Source: a virus (taxonomy: Duplodnaviria > Caudoviricetes). From it: 50,383 bases of DNA. The stretch is from the IMG/VR virus record IMGVR_UViG_3300014501_000006, positions 1-50,383 of that record; one strand, 5' to 3'. The translations under genes and the position numbers were made by a program. A model generated the notes under the pieces. That model was not told where the DNA came from and searched no databases. It worked only from the letters and a program-made list of their open reading frames with translations. Positions 9,080 to 17,687 of the stretch are shown here, in pieces (the stretch's first letter is position 1; every line of letters starts with the position of its first letter).

Positions 9080-9390
9080 TCTCGCAATCCCAGATAGAGC
9101 CCACGCCGGATGAGCGCCTGGTAGAGCTGGCGACGCGCCTGACGGAATTGTCGGCCGATGCGCTGTCGTTGGCGGCGAATCTCAAGAGCGGGGCAGGGCA
9201 GGGCGCGCCGGCCCGCTGGCTGACCACAGCGGAGGCGATGGCCGACCTGGGTATCTCGAAGCCGACGATTCTGCGGTACAAGAAGGAAGGGCTCCTGCAT
9301 CCGGTGAAGATGGGCAGGGGGGACCGGTATTCGAGCAAGGAGCTGGATGCGCTGTACGAGAAGATTGGGCAGGGCGATCAGGGGAAGTAG
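9076..9390 (+). CDS. HTH_17/MerR-like (excisionase-type) DNA-binding protein
   Basis: WLTTAEAMADLGISKPTILRY..G.L.PVK.G..RYS. Confidence 0.8.
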   Translation: MISQSQIEPTPDERLVELATRLTELSADALSLAANLKSGAGQGAPARWLTTAEAMADLGISKPTILRYKKEGLLHPVKMGRGDRYSSKELDALYEKIGQGDQGK

Positions 9391-9400
9391 GGGAAACCAG

Positions 9401-10039
9401 ATGAGCGAATATCACAAAATCGAAACCCTTTATCAGCGTGATGAAACGACCTTCAAGGTCCGCGTCGGAGAGTTGAAGAACCGCACTTACGGGATGCTTA
9501 AGACGTGGCATTGGACCGAAAAGGTGGACGGCACAAATATCCGATGCATCTGGAATTGCGACCGTCTTCATTTTGGCGGAAAAACCGACAATGCGCAGAT
9601 TCACGCCGACCTGATCAAGTGGCTCTACGAGAATGTCACCGTCGATAAGATGCGCGCGGTCTTTCCTGCCGACGAGGAAGGCCGGACAGCCGATGTAGTT
9701 GTCTATGGCGAAGGTTTCGGTGCGGGCATCCAGAAAGGTGGCGGTGACTACTCGCCCATCAAGAAGCTGATCGTTTTCGATGTGCTGGTCGGCGGAAAGT
9801 GGTGGCTCAACTACGAAGGCGTCTGCGACGTAGCAGCGAAGCTCGGCCTCGATGTAGTGCCGTCATTTGGCGAGATGACGTTGGAAGAGGCAACTGAGAC
9901 GGTGCGCAATGGCATCAAATCGAAATGCGCCATCAACGCGGGCAAAGACGCCGAAGGTCTCGTCGGGCGACCTATGGAAACCCTTTTCGACAAGAAGGGG
10001 CATAGGCTGATAGCGAAGCTCAAGACCAAGGACTTCTGA
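9401..10039 (+). CDS. RNA ligase (Rnl2-like nucleotidyltransferase domain)
   Basis: Motif I TEKVDGTN, III YGEGFG..IQK, IIIa FDVLV, IV EGLV, V IAKLK. Confidence 0.88.
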   Translation: MSEYHKIETLYQRDETTFKVRVGELKNRTYGMLKTWHWTEKVDGTNIRCIWNCDRLHFGGKTDNAQIHADLIKWLYENVTVDKMRAVFPADEEGRTADVVVYGEGFGAGIQKGGGDYSPIKKLIVFDVLVGGKWWLNYEGVCDVAAKLGLDVVPSFGEMTLEEATETVRNGIKSKCAINAGKDAEGLVGRPMETLFDKKGHRLIAKLKTKDF

Positions 10040-10061
10040 TGACGATGGCCCGCTAGCGCGT

Positions 10062-10229
10062 ATGAGTGAGCAGCTACAGATGTTCGCTGAGGTTACGGTG
10101 GAAGTACCACGCGAGGAGTTCCGCATCTGCACGAGCTGCGGCAAGAACATCAGGACGTGCATTTTCGATGACCACGTTACTTCTGAATATTCCGATGGCG
10201 AAGGGCGTTGCTGGAATTGCTCGCCTTGA
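10062..10229 (+). CDS. Small Cys4 Zn-finger protein (55 aa, not in ORF track)
   Basis: MSEQLQMF..CTSC..CWNC. Confidence 0.55.
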   Translation: MSEQLQMFAEVTVEVPREEFRICTSCGKNIRTCIFDDHVTSEYSDGEGRCWNCSP

Positions 10230-10271
10230 CGCGGGTGTGATCTTTTTTCGGGGGCTGGTTGAGGGGCACTG

Positions 10272-12170
10272 ATGGAACTGAACGAACTCTGCGGGATACT
10301 GGGTGCGACGGCGGATACCGCGTCCTCCAAGCCGGCCATCAATCCGATCCCCTGCGTGGTACCTGATTGCGAAGGAAAGCTGACCGCGAAGTTCTTCTCC
10401 AAAGGAAAGGCCAGTTATAGCTGCACGAGCGGTTGTAAGACCGAGGCGATCGAAACCGCGATTGCAGCGATCGTCGCCAGCAAAGTCTTCGCAAGTGGGC
10501 CGGGCGGTGAGGAGTTGCCCCCTCCAAGCCGTCCGGCCCCCCCCCTAAAGACGGAAAAGCGCACGGATTCCGCAACCAGAATTTCGAATCGCAACCAGTC
10601 TCGGGAATTGCAACCTAGCGACGTGCTCCGTCGAGTGCCGCCGCAGAATATCGAAGCCGAGCAGGCAGTATTGGGCGCCGTGTTCCTCGAACCCGAGGCG
10701 CTAGCGACCGCGAAAGCAATACTCGGCCGCGATGATTTTTACCGGGAGACGCACCGTGAAATTTTCCGCGCGATGGAGGAACTCGTCTCCAAAGGAGTCC
10801 CCGTCGATGCTCTGACAATGACTGAATCCCTGAGCAGACGAGGGATGCTGGAACAAATTGGTGGACCGGCTTACATCGCGGAGCTTGCGGACGCGGTGCC
10901 CACCGCCGCCAACGTCGCCCATTATGCCCGCATCGTCCGCGAGAAATCTGTGCGCCGAAAAGTCATTTCCGACGCCCAGGAGCAAATCAATCTCGCTCAC
11001 AATGGTGTTTCGACTGAGAACTTAATTGGTGAGGTACAGAGTCGAGCAATGCGGCTCGATAGAGCCACGACGCTACTTCCGACAGAAATTACTTGGGAAG
11101 GATTCGACGCTGCCATTTCCGCGAACGAAGAATACATGAAGCGTCGGCCCGTCGTGGACCGACTCTGCTACTCGTCTGCGGTTTCAATGATCACGGGCGG
11201 CAAGCACGCCGGGAAAAGCACACTCGCGCGATGGATGGCGATCTGCGTCGCGAAGGGTTGGCAGTTTCTCGGCCGCGACGTGATTCAAGGTCCTGTGTTC
11301 TACATCGCGTCAGAGGACGAGACGATGGCGGCTCGCCAGGAGTTGATCCGACTCGGATGGAAATCGTCGGACCCGCTCCGGTTCCTTTCCGCATCGACGA
11401 TGCCGACCGAAGAAATCGATTTGCTCGCGATGCTCACCAAGGCCATCCGCCAATACGGAGTCGTGTTGACCATCGTCGATATGCTTTTCGATTTCATTCA
11501 TGTTGGCGACGAAATGAAATATGCAGAAACGCGGCGGGCTGTTGGCGAGATCCAGAACGTCGCGACCCATAGCGAGAGCCATCTGTGCGTCATTCATCAT
11601 GCGCCAAAGAATGCGAACATCGGCGATGCGGCGGTGGCGGCGCTCGGGTCACAGGGATTAGCGGCGCGCGTCAGTCCGATCCTTCTTGTTCGGCGCTTCG
11701 GTCCCGGCGTTCATTCCGTATCGAGTACGGAAGTGCGCGATCCGCGGGGGGAGAGCATTAAGGATTCCCGGCTAACTCGAAACTCTGACGGATCGATGGA
11801 ACTCGGCGGACTGTTCAAGAATTACATGCTCGCCGAAGTTTACGCGGAGCGCGTTCTAGAACTGCTCCAAGCTGAGGACGGATCGGAAATGACGGCGATC
11901 GAAGTCTCAGACGCCCTCGACATCAGCTACCAAGTGGCTAAAGGATCTCTCGCATTTCTGACACGGGAGACCAAGATTTACCGATCCGGTGAGGGCAAGA
12001 AAGGCAAACCTTTCCGGTACTCGACCACTCTCTCGAAAATTAGCACCGCTAATAGCAAAAAGGATGATGCTGTTTTCGGTACTAGTCTTGGACAAGTACC
12101 GAATCCGGAGCCTTCCGAAACAGAGCAAAAAGAAGCCCCACAGGGACGCTTCGGTTATAAGGAGGACTGA
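10272..12170 (+). CDS. Replicative helicase-like fusion: Cys-rich N-domain + DnaB N-terminal domain + AAA_25/RepA-type ATPase + probable wHTH
   Basis: PPQNIEAEQAVLGAV..DDFYRETHREIF..ANVAHYARIVREKS (DnaB-NTD); Walker A GGKHAGKST; YIASED; IVDM; IHHAPK; LGSQGLAA. Confidence 0.85.
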   Translation: MELNELCGILGATADTASSKPAINPIPCVVPDCEGKLTAKFFSKGKASYSCTSGCKTEAIETAIAAIVASKVFASGPGGEELPPPSRPAPPLKTEKRTDSATRISNRNQSRELQPSDVLRRVPPQNIEAEQAVLGAVFLEPEALATAKAILGRDDFYRETHREIFRAMEELVSKGVPVDALTMTESLSRRGMLEQIGGPAYIAELADAVPTAANVAHYARIVREKSVRRKVISDAQEQINLAHNGVSTENLIGEVQSRAMRLDRATTLLPTEITWEGFDAAISANEEYMKRRPVVDRLCYSSAVSMITGGKHAGKSTLARWMAICVAKGWQFLGRDVIQGPVFYIASEDETMAARQELIRLGWKSSDPLRFLSASTMPTEEIDLLAMLTKAIRQYGVVLTIVDMLFDFIHVGDEMKYAETRRAVGEIQNVATHSESHLCVIHHAPKNANIGDAAVAALGSQGLAARVSPILLVRRFGPGVHSVSSTEVRDPRGESIKDSRLTRNSDGSMELGGLFKNYMLAEVYAERVLELLQAEDGSEMTAIEVSDALDISYQVAKGSLAFLTRETKIYRSGEGKKGKPFRYSTTLSKISTANSKKDDAVFGTSLGQVPNPEPSETEQKEAPQGRFGYKED

Positions 12171-12637
12171 TGGCGGTCTACTTCATTCAAGCACCGACAG
12201 GCCACATTAAAATCGGCCTGGCTGAGAACCCGAAGCGCCGGCTTGCGAGCCTTCAAACGGCATGGCCGAGCTCTCTCCATCTTTTAAGAACAGAACCGGG
12301 AGGTTCTAAAGAGGAGAGGGATTACCATCTTCGATTCGCCGAATTAAGAGTCGGGGGTGAATGGTTTAAATGCGAGGGCGAGCTAGCCGAATTCCTTGAA
12401 ATCAAACGCCATCGATCAGCGGCGGCCAAGCCGAAGGTCAAAATTGAGCGATGCGCGAACTGCGATAAGCGTCAGCGAGTGGTCGGTCGTTTCTGCGGAC
12501 CCTGCACGATCCACGCCGCAATGTCGGACCCTGATCATATGGAGCCTCGGATACGCAGCCTTGATGAATTGTCGGCACGATTCGACCGCTACAACAAAAT
12601 TGCCGCGATGGTAGGAATCGAAGAGGCACGGGTCTGA
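12170..12637 (+). CDS. GIY-YIG (T5orf172/MUG113-like) nuclease
   Basis: VYFIQ..IKIG..NPKRRLASLQT..E..H.RF..GEWF. Confidence 0.88.
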   Translation: MAVYFIQAPTGHIKIGLAENPKRRLASLQTAWPSSLHLLRTEPGGSKEERDYHLRFAELRVGGEWFKCEGELAEFLEIKRHRSAAAKPKVKIERCANCDKRQRVVGRFCGPCTIHAAMSDPDHMEPRIRSLDELSARFDRYNKIAAMVGIEEARV

Positions 12638-12810
12638 TGGCATTCACGATCACGTACCGGATGCGATGCACTCGTTGCGGCTTTTACCATCATCCCGACG
12701 AGGTGGTCGATTTCAGTACCTCGACAGCCCGGGACAAGCGGACCGAGCGCATTTGTCTGGATTGCATCGAAGAACTGCATCTGCTGGCGAAGGAAAAGAG
12801 GGCAGCATGA
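12637..12810 (+). CDS. Small Cys4 protein (57 aa, not in ORF track)
   Basis: TGATG and ATGA coupling; CTRC..CLDC. Confidence 0.6.
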   Translation: MAFTITYRMRCTRCGFYHHPDEVVDFSTSTARDKRTERICLDCIEELHLLAKEKRAA

Positions 12811-13433
12811 CCAACCATTGGGCGGATTTCTGGATTGACTTTGAAGAGACGTACTGGGATTGGCGAAAGCGCGAGCGCAATCGCCGTCAGTTCTGGAGTG
12901 ACGCACACAAGGAGGCGACCTCGCGACGCTTTCGAATGCCCGATCGCGAGATGAACGGCAAGAAGCATTGTCGGCTGCCGCGATGCGAGAACCCCTTACC
13001 AAAGCGACGCACATCGTGGTGCTCGAATGAGCATATGTGGCTCGGCTATCGAATCGGCAGCAACTTCAGCGAGGCGGTTCTTTGGTACTACGGCGGCATC
13101 TGCGTCCTTTGCGGGATCGACTGCGGAGAGATAGACGCTTGGCTCGCTCACTATCGACTCATCGATCGCGACTTATATAGAGCAGCGTGCGCGACGCTAA
13201 AGGCGGCCGGATTCGATCCTGATACTCGCGCCGGAGAGGCAGACCACGTCGTTCCGGTAGTTGAGGGCGGCCCAACAACGCTCGAAAATGGAAGAGTACT
13301 TTGTCAGCCGTGCCATAAGCGGGAGACGAGATTTCTGCAGCAACGACTTAACCGCAGTCGCCGTATGATGCCCCAGATAGCGATGAACTTCGATCCTGAT
13401 ACCGGCGAGATGGCTTCAACCAATGAGCAGTGA
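12807..13433 (+). CDS. HNH endonuclease
   Basis: CVLCG..EADHVVPVVEGG..LENGRVLCQPCHKRET. Confidence 0.9.
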   Translation: MTNHWADFWIDFEETYWDWRKRERNRRQFWSDAHKEATSRRFRMPDREMNGKKHCRLPRCENPLPKRRTSWCSNEHMWLGYRIGSNFSEAVLWYYGGICVLCGIDCGEIDAWLAHYRLIDRDLYRAACATLKAAGFDPDTRAGEADHVVPVVEGGPTTLENGRVLCQPCHKRETRFLQQRLNRSRRMMPQIAMNFDPDTGEMASTNEQ

Positions 13434-13466
13434 GAACTTTCAGGTGGCTGATGAGCGGGTGCTGCG

Positions 13467-14006
13467 ATGAGGTTTTCGAGAGTGTGGGCGATGCCGTCTG
13501 CGGATACGTTCTCGATTCCGCCGATTCGCGAGTTGGTGAAGTGGCGGTTGAAAGACTGCGCCGTGATAGTGGACCCGTTCGCGCGCAACAGCCGCTTCGG
13601 GACACTCACGAACGATCTCAACCCCGAAACGGCAGCAACCCACCACATGGACGCTATCGAGTTCCTGACGGGTCTGGTGGCGGAAGGCGTGCAAGCGGAT
13701 GCGGTCCTGTTCGACCCGCCGTATTCAAACGGTCAGATAATCGAAATGTACCAGAAAATCGGTCGTGCGTTTACAGGCGACGATGACCTGAACCGCCTCG
13801 GCAAACACAAAGACCTAATGGATCGAGTTCTCAAGACTGGTGGCATCGCGATTTGCTGCGGCTGGAACTCGATGGGAATGGGCGTGGAGCGGCGATATTC
13901 GCTTGAGGAAATCCTGCTTGTTCCCCATGGGCGCGTCCACAACGACACCATCGTAACCGTAGAGCGCAAGATGCAGGCGGGATTCGGCTTCGGAGCACAG
14001 CCATGA
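13467..14006 (+). CDS. Amino (N6A/N4C) DNA methyltransferase-like protein
   Basis: VDPFA, NDLNP, DAIEFL, LFDPPYS motifs. Confidence 0.8.
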   Translation: MRFSRVWAMPSADTFSIPPIRELVKWRLKDCAVIVDPFARNSRFGTLTNDLNPETAATHHMDAIEFLTGLVAEGVQADAVLFDPPYSNGQIIEMYQKIGRAFTGDDDLNRLGKHKDLMDRVLKTGGIAICCGWNSMGMGVERRYSLEEILLVPHGRVHNDTIVTVERKMQAGFGFGAQP

Positions 14007-14389
14007 CGGAACCAGACTTCGCGGCAAAGTACGAGCGGGTGCTGACGGCGCTGGGGCTGTGTCAGCTGCATTGTAAGGGTGGTCAGTATAAGCCTGATTT
14101 GTCCGATCATGATCCGCGTCGTGACCTTGAATGGATACCATGCCCTCATGGACAACCGGAGCCCCACGACATCCCGGCGCCGGAGCTGACGGACGCGATC
14201 GCGTGGCAGGTGCTGATGGCCGCGGCTAAAAAGAACGTAGAAAACGATTGGCAGGACGGGCGAGACGATCCCCTTGATTACGCTTTGGTAACTTGGCTAG
14301 AGCAGGCTCACGACGACCCGAAGCGAGCGCTCATCCTGGCGCTAGCGGATGCGCTCCAAGGGCCAGCGGAGCGCGGAGCAACGCGATGA
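14003..14389 (+). CDS. Hypothetical protein
   Basis: ATGA-coupled ORF in the operon. Confidence 0.6.
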   Translation: MTEPDFAAKYERVLTALGLCQLHCKGGQYKPDLSDHDPRRDLEWIPCPHGQPEPHDIPAPELTDAIAWQVLMAAAKKNVENDWQDGRDDPLDYALVTWLEQAHDDPKRALILALADALQGPAERGATR

Positions 14390-14417
14390 GCGAGTCAGAG
14401 CACGACGGGCGGCTGGT

Positions 14418-15056
14418 ATGAGGGTTCTCATTGCCTGCGAGTTTTCGGGGGTTGTGCGGGAGGCTTTTCGCCGGCGCGGTCATGATGCCTGGAGTTGCGA
14501 TTTGTTGCCGAGCGAGATTCCGGGCCCGCACATCGAGGGCGACGTACTGGAGCATTTGGACGAGGGATGGGGCTTGATGGTCGCGCATCCCCCCTGCACG
14601 CGGCTGACGAACTCCGGCGTGGTATGGCTGGAGAAACGCAACCTCTGGAAAGAACTAGACATGGCCGCGTGTTTCTTTCGGCAGCTTCTCAAGGCTCCCG
14701 TCGAACGGATCGCTGTGGAGAATCCTATTCCGCATCGCTACGCATTGGAGTGCATCGGACGCAAATACGATCAGATCATTCAGCCTTGGATGTTCGGACA
14801 TACGGAGAGCAAGGCGACATGTTTGTGGCTGAAGAATCTGCCGCCCCTAGCTCCGACGCACAGGGTAAAACAGCAAATGCTGACCCTCCCGAAGCGCGAA
14901 CAGCAGAAAATGCACTGGATGCCGCCGGGCCCCGACCGATGGAAGAATCGATCGCGGACCTATCAGGGAATAGCAGAAGCGATGGCCGAGCAGTGGAGCA
15001 ACGATGCCCGGCACAATCCAGTTCGACACTTAGAATTCGATCATAGAGAGCGGTAG
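14418..15056 (+). CDS. C5 cytosine DNA methyltransferase-like protein (short phage type)
   Basis: MRVLIACEFSGVVREAF, SCDL, AHPPCT (PC catalytic motif), VENP, RSRTYQGIAEAMAEQW. Confidence 0.85.
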   Translation: MRVLIACEFSGVVREAFRRRGHDAWSCDLLPSEIPGPHIEGDVLEHLDEGWGLMVAHPPCTRLTNSGVVWLEKRNLWKELDMAACFFRQLLKAPVERIAVENPIPHRYALECIGRKYDQIIQPWMFGHTESKATCLWLKNLPPLAPTHRVKQQMLTLPKREQQKMHWMPPGPDRWKNRSRTYQGIAEAMAEQWSNDARHNPVRHLEFDHRER

Positions 15057-15083
15057 CCATTCCCGTAATCTCCTTTGTGGTGC

Positions 15084-15302
15084 TCACTTGCGTTGTTCCT
15101 CGATGTAGCGGGTAGCGCAGAGGGCGCAGATTGCTTGGGGCTCGACTTCCCAATGCAGGTCGCTGCCGGTCGCGCGCCCAAGTTGCTCGCGAAATTCTGC
15201 TGGCGATAGCGCGTTGCAGATGGTGGGTTCGTAGGTGTTCCCGCATACGGTTTTGCCTTGCCCGCGATCGCGGTAGAGATGCTGAACGTTAACATTGGGC
15301 AT
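15084..15302 (-). CDS. Hypothetical protein
   Basis: Short ORF on the minus strand next to the IS; HL..TVCG..CALC pattern. Confidence 0.5.
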   Translation of the reverse strand: MPNVNVQHLYRDRGQGKTVCGNTYEPTICNALSPAEFREQLGRATGSDLHWEVEPQAICALCATRYIEEQRK

Positions 15303-15658
15303 GGCTTCTAGGTTTTGAGAATGTCGGTCACCGTGCAGACGCGCGAATAGCCCTTGTGCCTGCATTCCCTGAATTGCGTGCCAATTGGAAATTCCATTAC
15401 CATTTTCCTCCCGAAATGAGCATCATTGTGCCGACAAACCAGCCTGTCACTGCTACCAGCAGAATTATTCCTACCATCGCCGTCCCCTATCGTGCGCTCT
15501 CGAATCGCTTGGTGAAATAAATGGGAATTATTGATTTGAGTCCCTCTGTCGAAATTTACGTTGCTTCCGCCTACGTTTTTTCGCGGTCTCGCTTTTCGGC
15601 TTCGGGCGATAGGCGAGCACGCGATCTGCAACTGCATCTAATACTTCGGACGGCTTCT

Positions 15659-16600
15659 TCATGCGGTCAACCTCGCAAAAGTCAGGCGTTTCCCGACCGT
15701 CAGGGCAATCATGCTGTCGAGCCGTTCCAGTGTGTGGCGCTTTACGTCGCCCTCGTTCAGTCGAAAGGCGAACTCGTTGACGTAGCGGCCAAGATGCTTG
15801 GTGCTGACCTTGTGGTAGACACCCACCACTCCGCGCTTGAGGACCGCCCAGACGCTCTCGATGCTGTTCACATGGACGTTCCCGCGCACATACTCGCGAG
15901 CGGTGTGATTGACGGTATCGTGCAGGAAGAACAAGCCACCCAAGCCTTCGTAAGCGCCGGAATCGTCGGTGTGGATCGTCGAGCCGGGTTCGACGTGATG
16001 ATGGATCGCGGCTTGAAGCGTGTTGCGGTCGGTAGCTTCGACGGGATGCGCGATCATGCGCCCACCACGCTCGCGCAAACCGATGACCGTCGTTTTTCCT
16101 ACCGCGCCGCGACCAGCGTGGAGCTTCTTGTATTCGTGCTTGTTGCCTTCCAATCCGCCGACGTGGGTTTCATCGACTTCGACGATGCCGCGCAATTTGT
16201 CGATGTCAGAGCCGCACGCTTCGCGCAACCGATGAAGCATGAACCACGCGGTTTTCTGGGTCACGCCGATCTGCTTGCTCAGTTGCAGCGACGAAATACC
16301 CTTGCGCGCGGTGACGAGCAGGTACATCGCGTAGAGCCACTTATGCAGGGGAACGTGGGAGCGCTCGAAGATAGTTCCGGTGCAGACTGTGAACGTCTCA
16401 GTAATTCGCTTGCCGTCCGCGCGGCGACAGCGATTGCAGCGATAGAAACCAGCGCGCTTGGTAGTCGCAATTTCGTGACTCGCGCAGACGGGACAGCGCA
16501 CGCCATCTGGCCAGAGCCGCGACTCGAAATAGACCCGCGCCGACTCCTTGTCGGGGAACATCTGGAAAAGCTGGAAGGTGCTAATTGTGATCTTGTCCAT
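15659..16600 (-). CDS. IS1595-family (ISXO2-like) DDE transposase
   Basis: Zn ribbon CPVC..CNRC, HTH GISSLQLSKQIGVTQKTAWFMLHRLR, VEVDETHVGG, IHTDD, VNH, NSIESVW, YVNEFAFR. Confidence 0.96.
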   Translation of the reverse strand: MDKITISTFQLFQMFPDKESARVYFESRLWPDGVRCPVCASHEIATTKRAGFYRCNRCRRADGKRITETFTVCTGTIFERSHVPLHKWLYAMYLLVTARKGISSLQLSKQIGVTQKTAWFMLHRLREACGSDIDKLRGIVEVDETHVGGLEGNKHEYKKLHAGRGAVGKTTVIGLRERGGRMIAHPVEATDRNTLQAAIHHHVEPGSTIHTDDSGAYEGLGGLFFLHDTVNHTAREYVRGNVHVNSIESVWAVLKRGVVGVYHKVSTKHLGRYVNEFAFRLNEGDVKRHTLERLDSMIALTVGKRLTFARLTA

Positions 16601-16603
16601 TGC

Positions 16604-16798
16604 CTAATCCCGCTCCGCGATTCGCGGCTTCCACTTGTGGCCGCATTCGGCGCAGACGACGCGCGGCTCGCGAACGCCGTTGATCACGCGGCCTGCGAGA
16701 TACATCGAATATCGGCGTTTTCTGCAACGCGGACAGGTTCGCTCGATTTTGAACGCTTCGTATTGACTGCCCAAAGGACCGATTTGGAGTATTGCCAT
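16604..16798 (-). CDS. IS passenger: small Zn-ribbon protein
   Basis: CPRC..CAECGHKW; directly upstream of the transposase. Confidence 0.6.
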   Translation of the reverse strand: MAILQIGPLGSQYEAFKIERTCPRCRKRRYSMYLAGRVINGVREPRVVCAECGHKWKPRIAERD

Positions 16799-16801
16799 GA
16801 C

Positions 16802-17020
16802 TTAACGCCTCCCAGCTTGCGGCAAATGCCAACGGATGGATTGTGGGCCGCGTGGCAGGCTGGTCGAACCATCGCGCTGAACAATCAAGCAAGTGTCGTC
16901 GTTAAACCGGACGTAAAAATAGTCCCTCTCAGGCATCGTTTTATGGGAGCCTTCGACCATCATGAAGCCTTTTTGTTTGAATGGGCCGACAACCGTTTTG
17001 ATGTTGAGGTTCATCATCAC
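16802..17020 (-). CDS. IS passenger: hypothetical protein
   Basis: Tightly packed ORF inside the TIRs. Confidence 0.5.
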   Translation of the reverse strand: MMMNLNIKTVVGPFKQKGFMMVEGSHKTMPERDYFYVRFNDDTCLIVQRDGSTSLPRGPQSIRWHLPQAGRR

Positions 17021-17022
17021 GC

Positions 17023-17244
17023 CTACTTAACCTCGCAAATTTCATCCCACATCGCTTGGCAGGTGACGCAGACATCGAAGTTCAGTTCTGAAGTCTCGCG
17101 TTGGCGTGGCGACCAAACCTCTTCGCCCCAAGTTACGCCATTGCCGTTCAAGGGTTCGATCTCTTCTCTCTTACGGCCACACAACGTTTTTAAGCTTTCT
17201 TCCTCAGCGAGGTGGACGTGCAGCATCTTGATTGCCATATTCAT
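17023..17244 (-). CDS. IS passenger: hypothetical protein
   Basis: RBS GGAGG; HL..TLCG..CVTC pattern. Confidence 0.6.
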   Translation of the reverse strand: MNMAIKMLHVHLAEEESLKTLCGRKREEIEPLNGNGVTWGEEVWSPRQRETSELNFDVCVTCQAMWDEICEVK

Positions 17245-17257
17245 AACCTCCACCATC

Positions 17258-17286
17258 AACGTAGCTCAGTGCTCTGCTTATGTCAA
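17258..17286 (-). promoter_or_regulatory. Inward-facing IS promoter
   Basis: Minus strand TTGACA-17 bp-TACGTT just inside the right TIR. Confidence 0.6.
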
Positions 17287-17450
17287 GAGCACTCAAGTAA
17301 ATAATTCCCCAATATTTGGTACAGACGCGCGTGCCTGAAAATCTCGGGCAAGCCGCTGCGATAATCGCCAACCTGCTTCTCCCGCTTGACGTGCTCTATT
17401 TCCCTGCATTAAGAATCAGAGAGACGCAGCGATAGCGCCGTCATTCAACC

Positions 17451-17687
17451 ATGCCCCTAAAAGAAATCAACGCTACTCGCAAACCGAACGGCCAACTCAC
17501 CAGCGAAACCGCCTACCGTCTTAAACAACGCGCCGCTGGCCTCGCTCGCGCTCGCTCCCGTACCGATGGCTTCAAGCCTCTCATCGATGCCGCTCGCCTC
17601 TCTAACACTCGCCGCCGCATTCAAGGCTTGCAGGCGAAAATCATTAGCCTCGGCTTAGATTGTGAGCACGTCCGAGCTTGGCTATAG
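17451..17687 (+). CDS. Small basic hypothetical protein (terminase small subunit candidate region)
   Basis: Basic ORF upstream of the terminase; no diagnostic motif. Confidence 0.4.
   Translation: MPLKEINATRKPNGQLTSETAYRLKQRAAGLARARSRTDGFKPLIDAARLSNTRRRIQGLQAKIISLGLDCEHVRAWL

Larger units (their letters stand above)
15523..17309 (-). mobile_element. IS1595-family element with passenger ORFs
   Basis: Terminal inverted repeats GGGAATTATTGATTTGAGT (15523-15541) and ACTCAAGTAAATAATTCCC (17291-17309), 17/19 match; they enclose the transposase and three small ORFs. Confidence 0.85.

Noticed and set aside
16601-16804. Readthrough fusion of IS passengers to the transposase (same frame, stop + 1 codon + ATG twice)
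   Set aside because: The stops differ (TAA, TAG) and the transposase has a normal N-terminus.
15521-17338. 605-aa plus-strand ORF spanning the whole IS
   Set aside because: It is in codon register antisense to the transposase and two passenger ORFs, has no RBS and no recognisable motif, so it is a shadow ORF.
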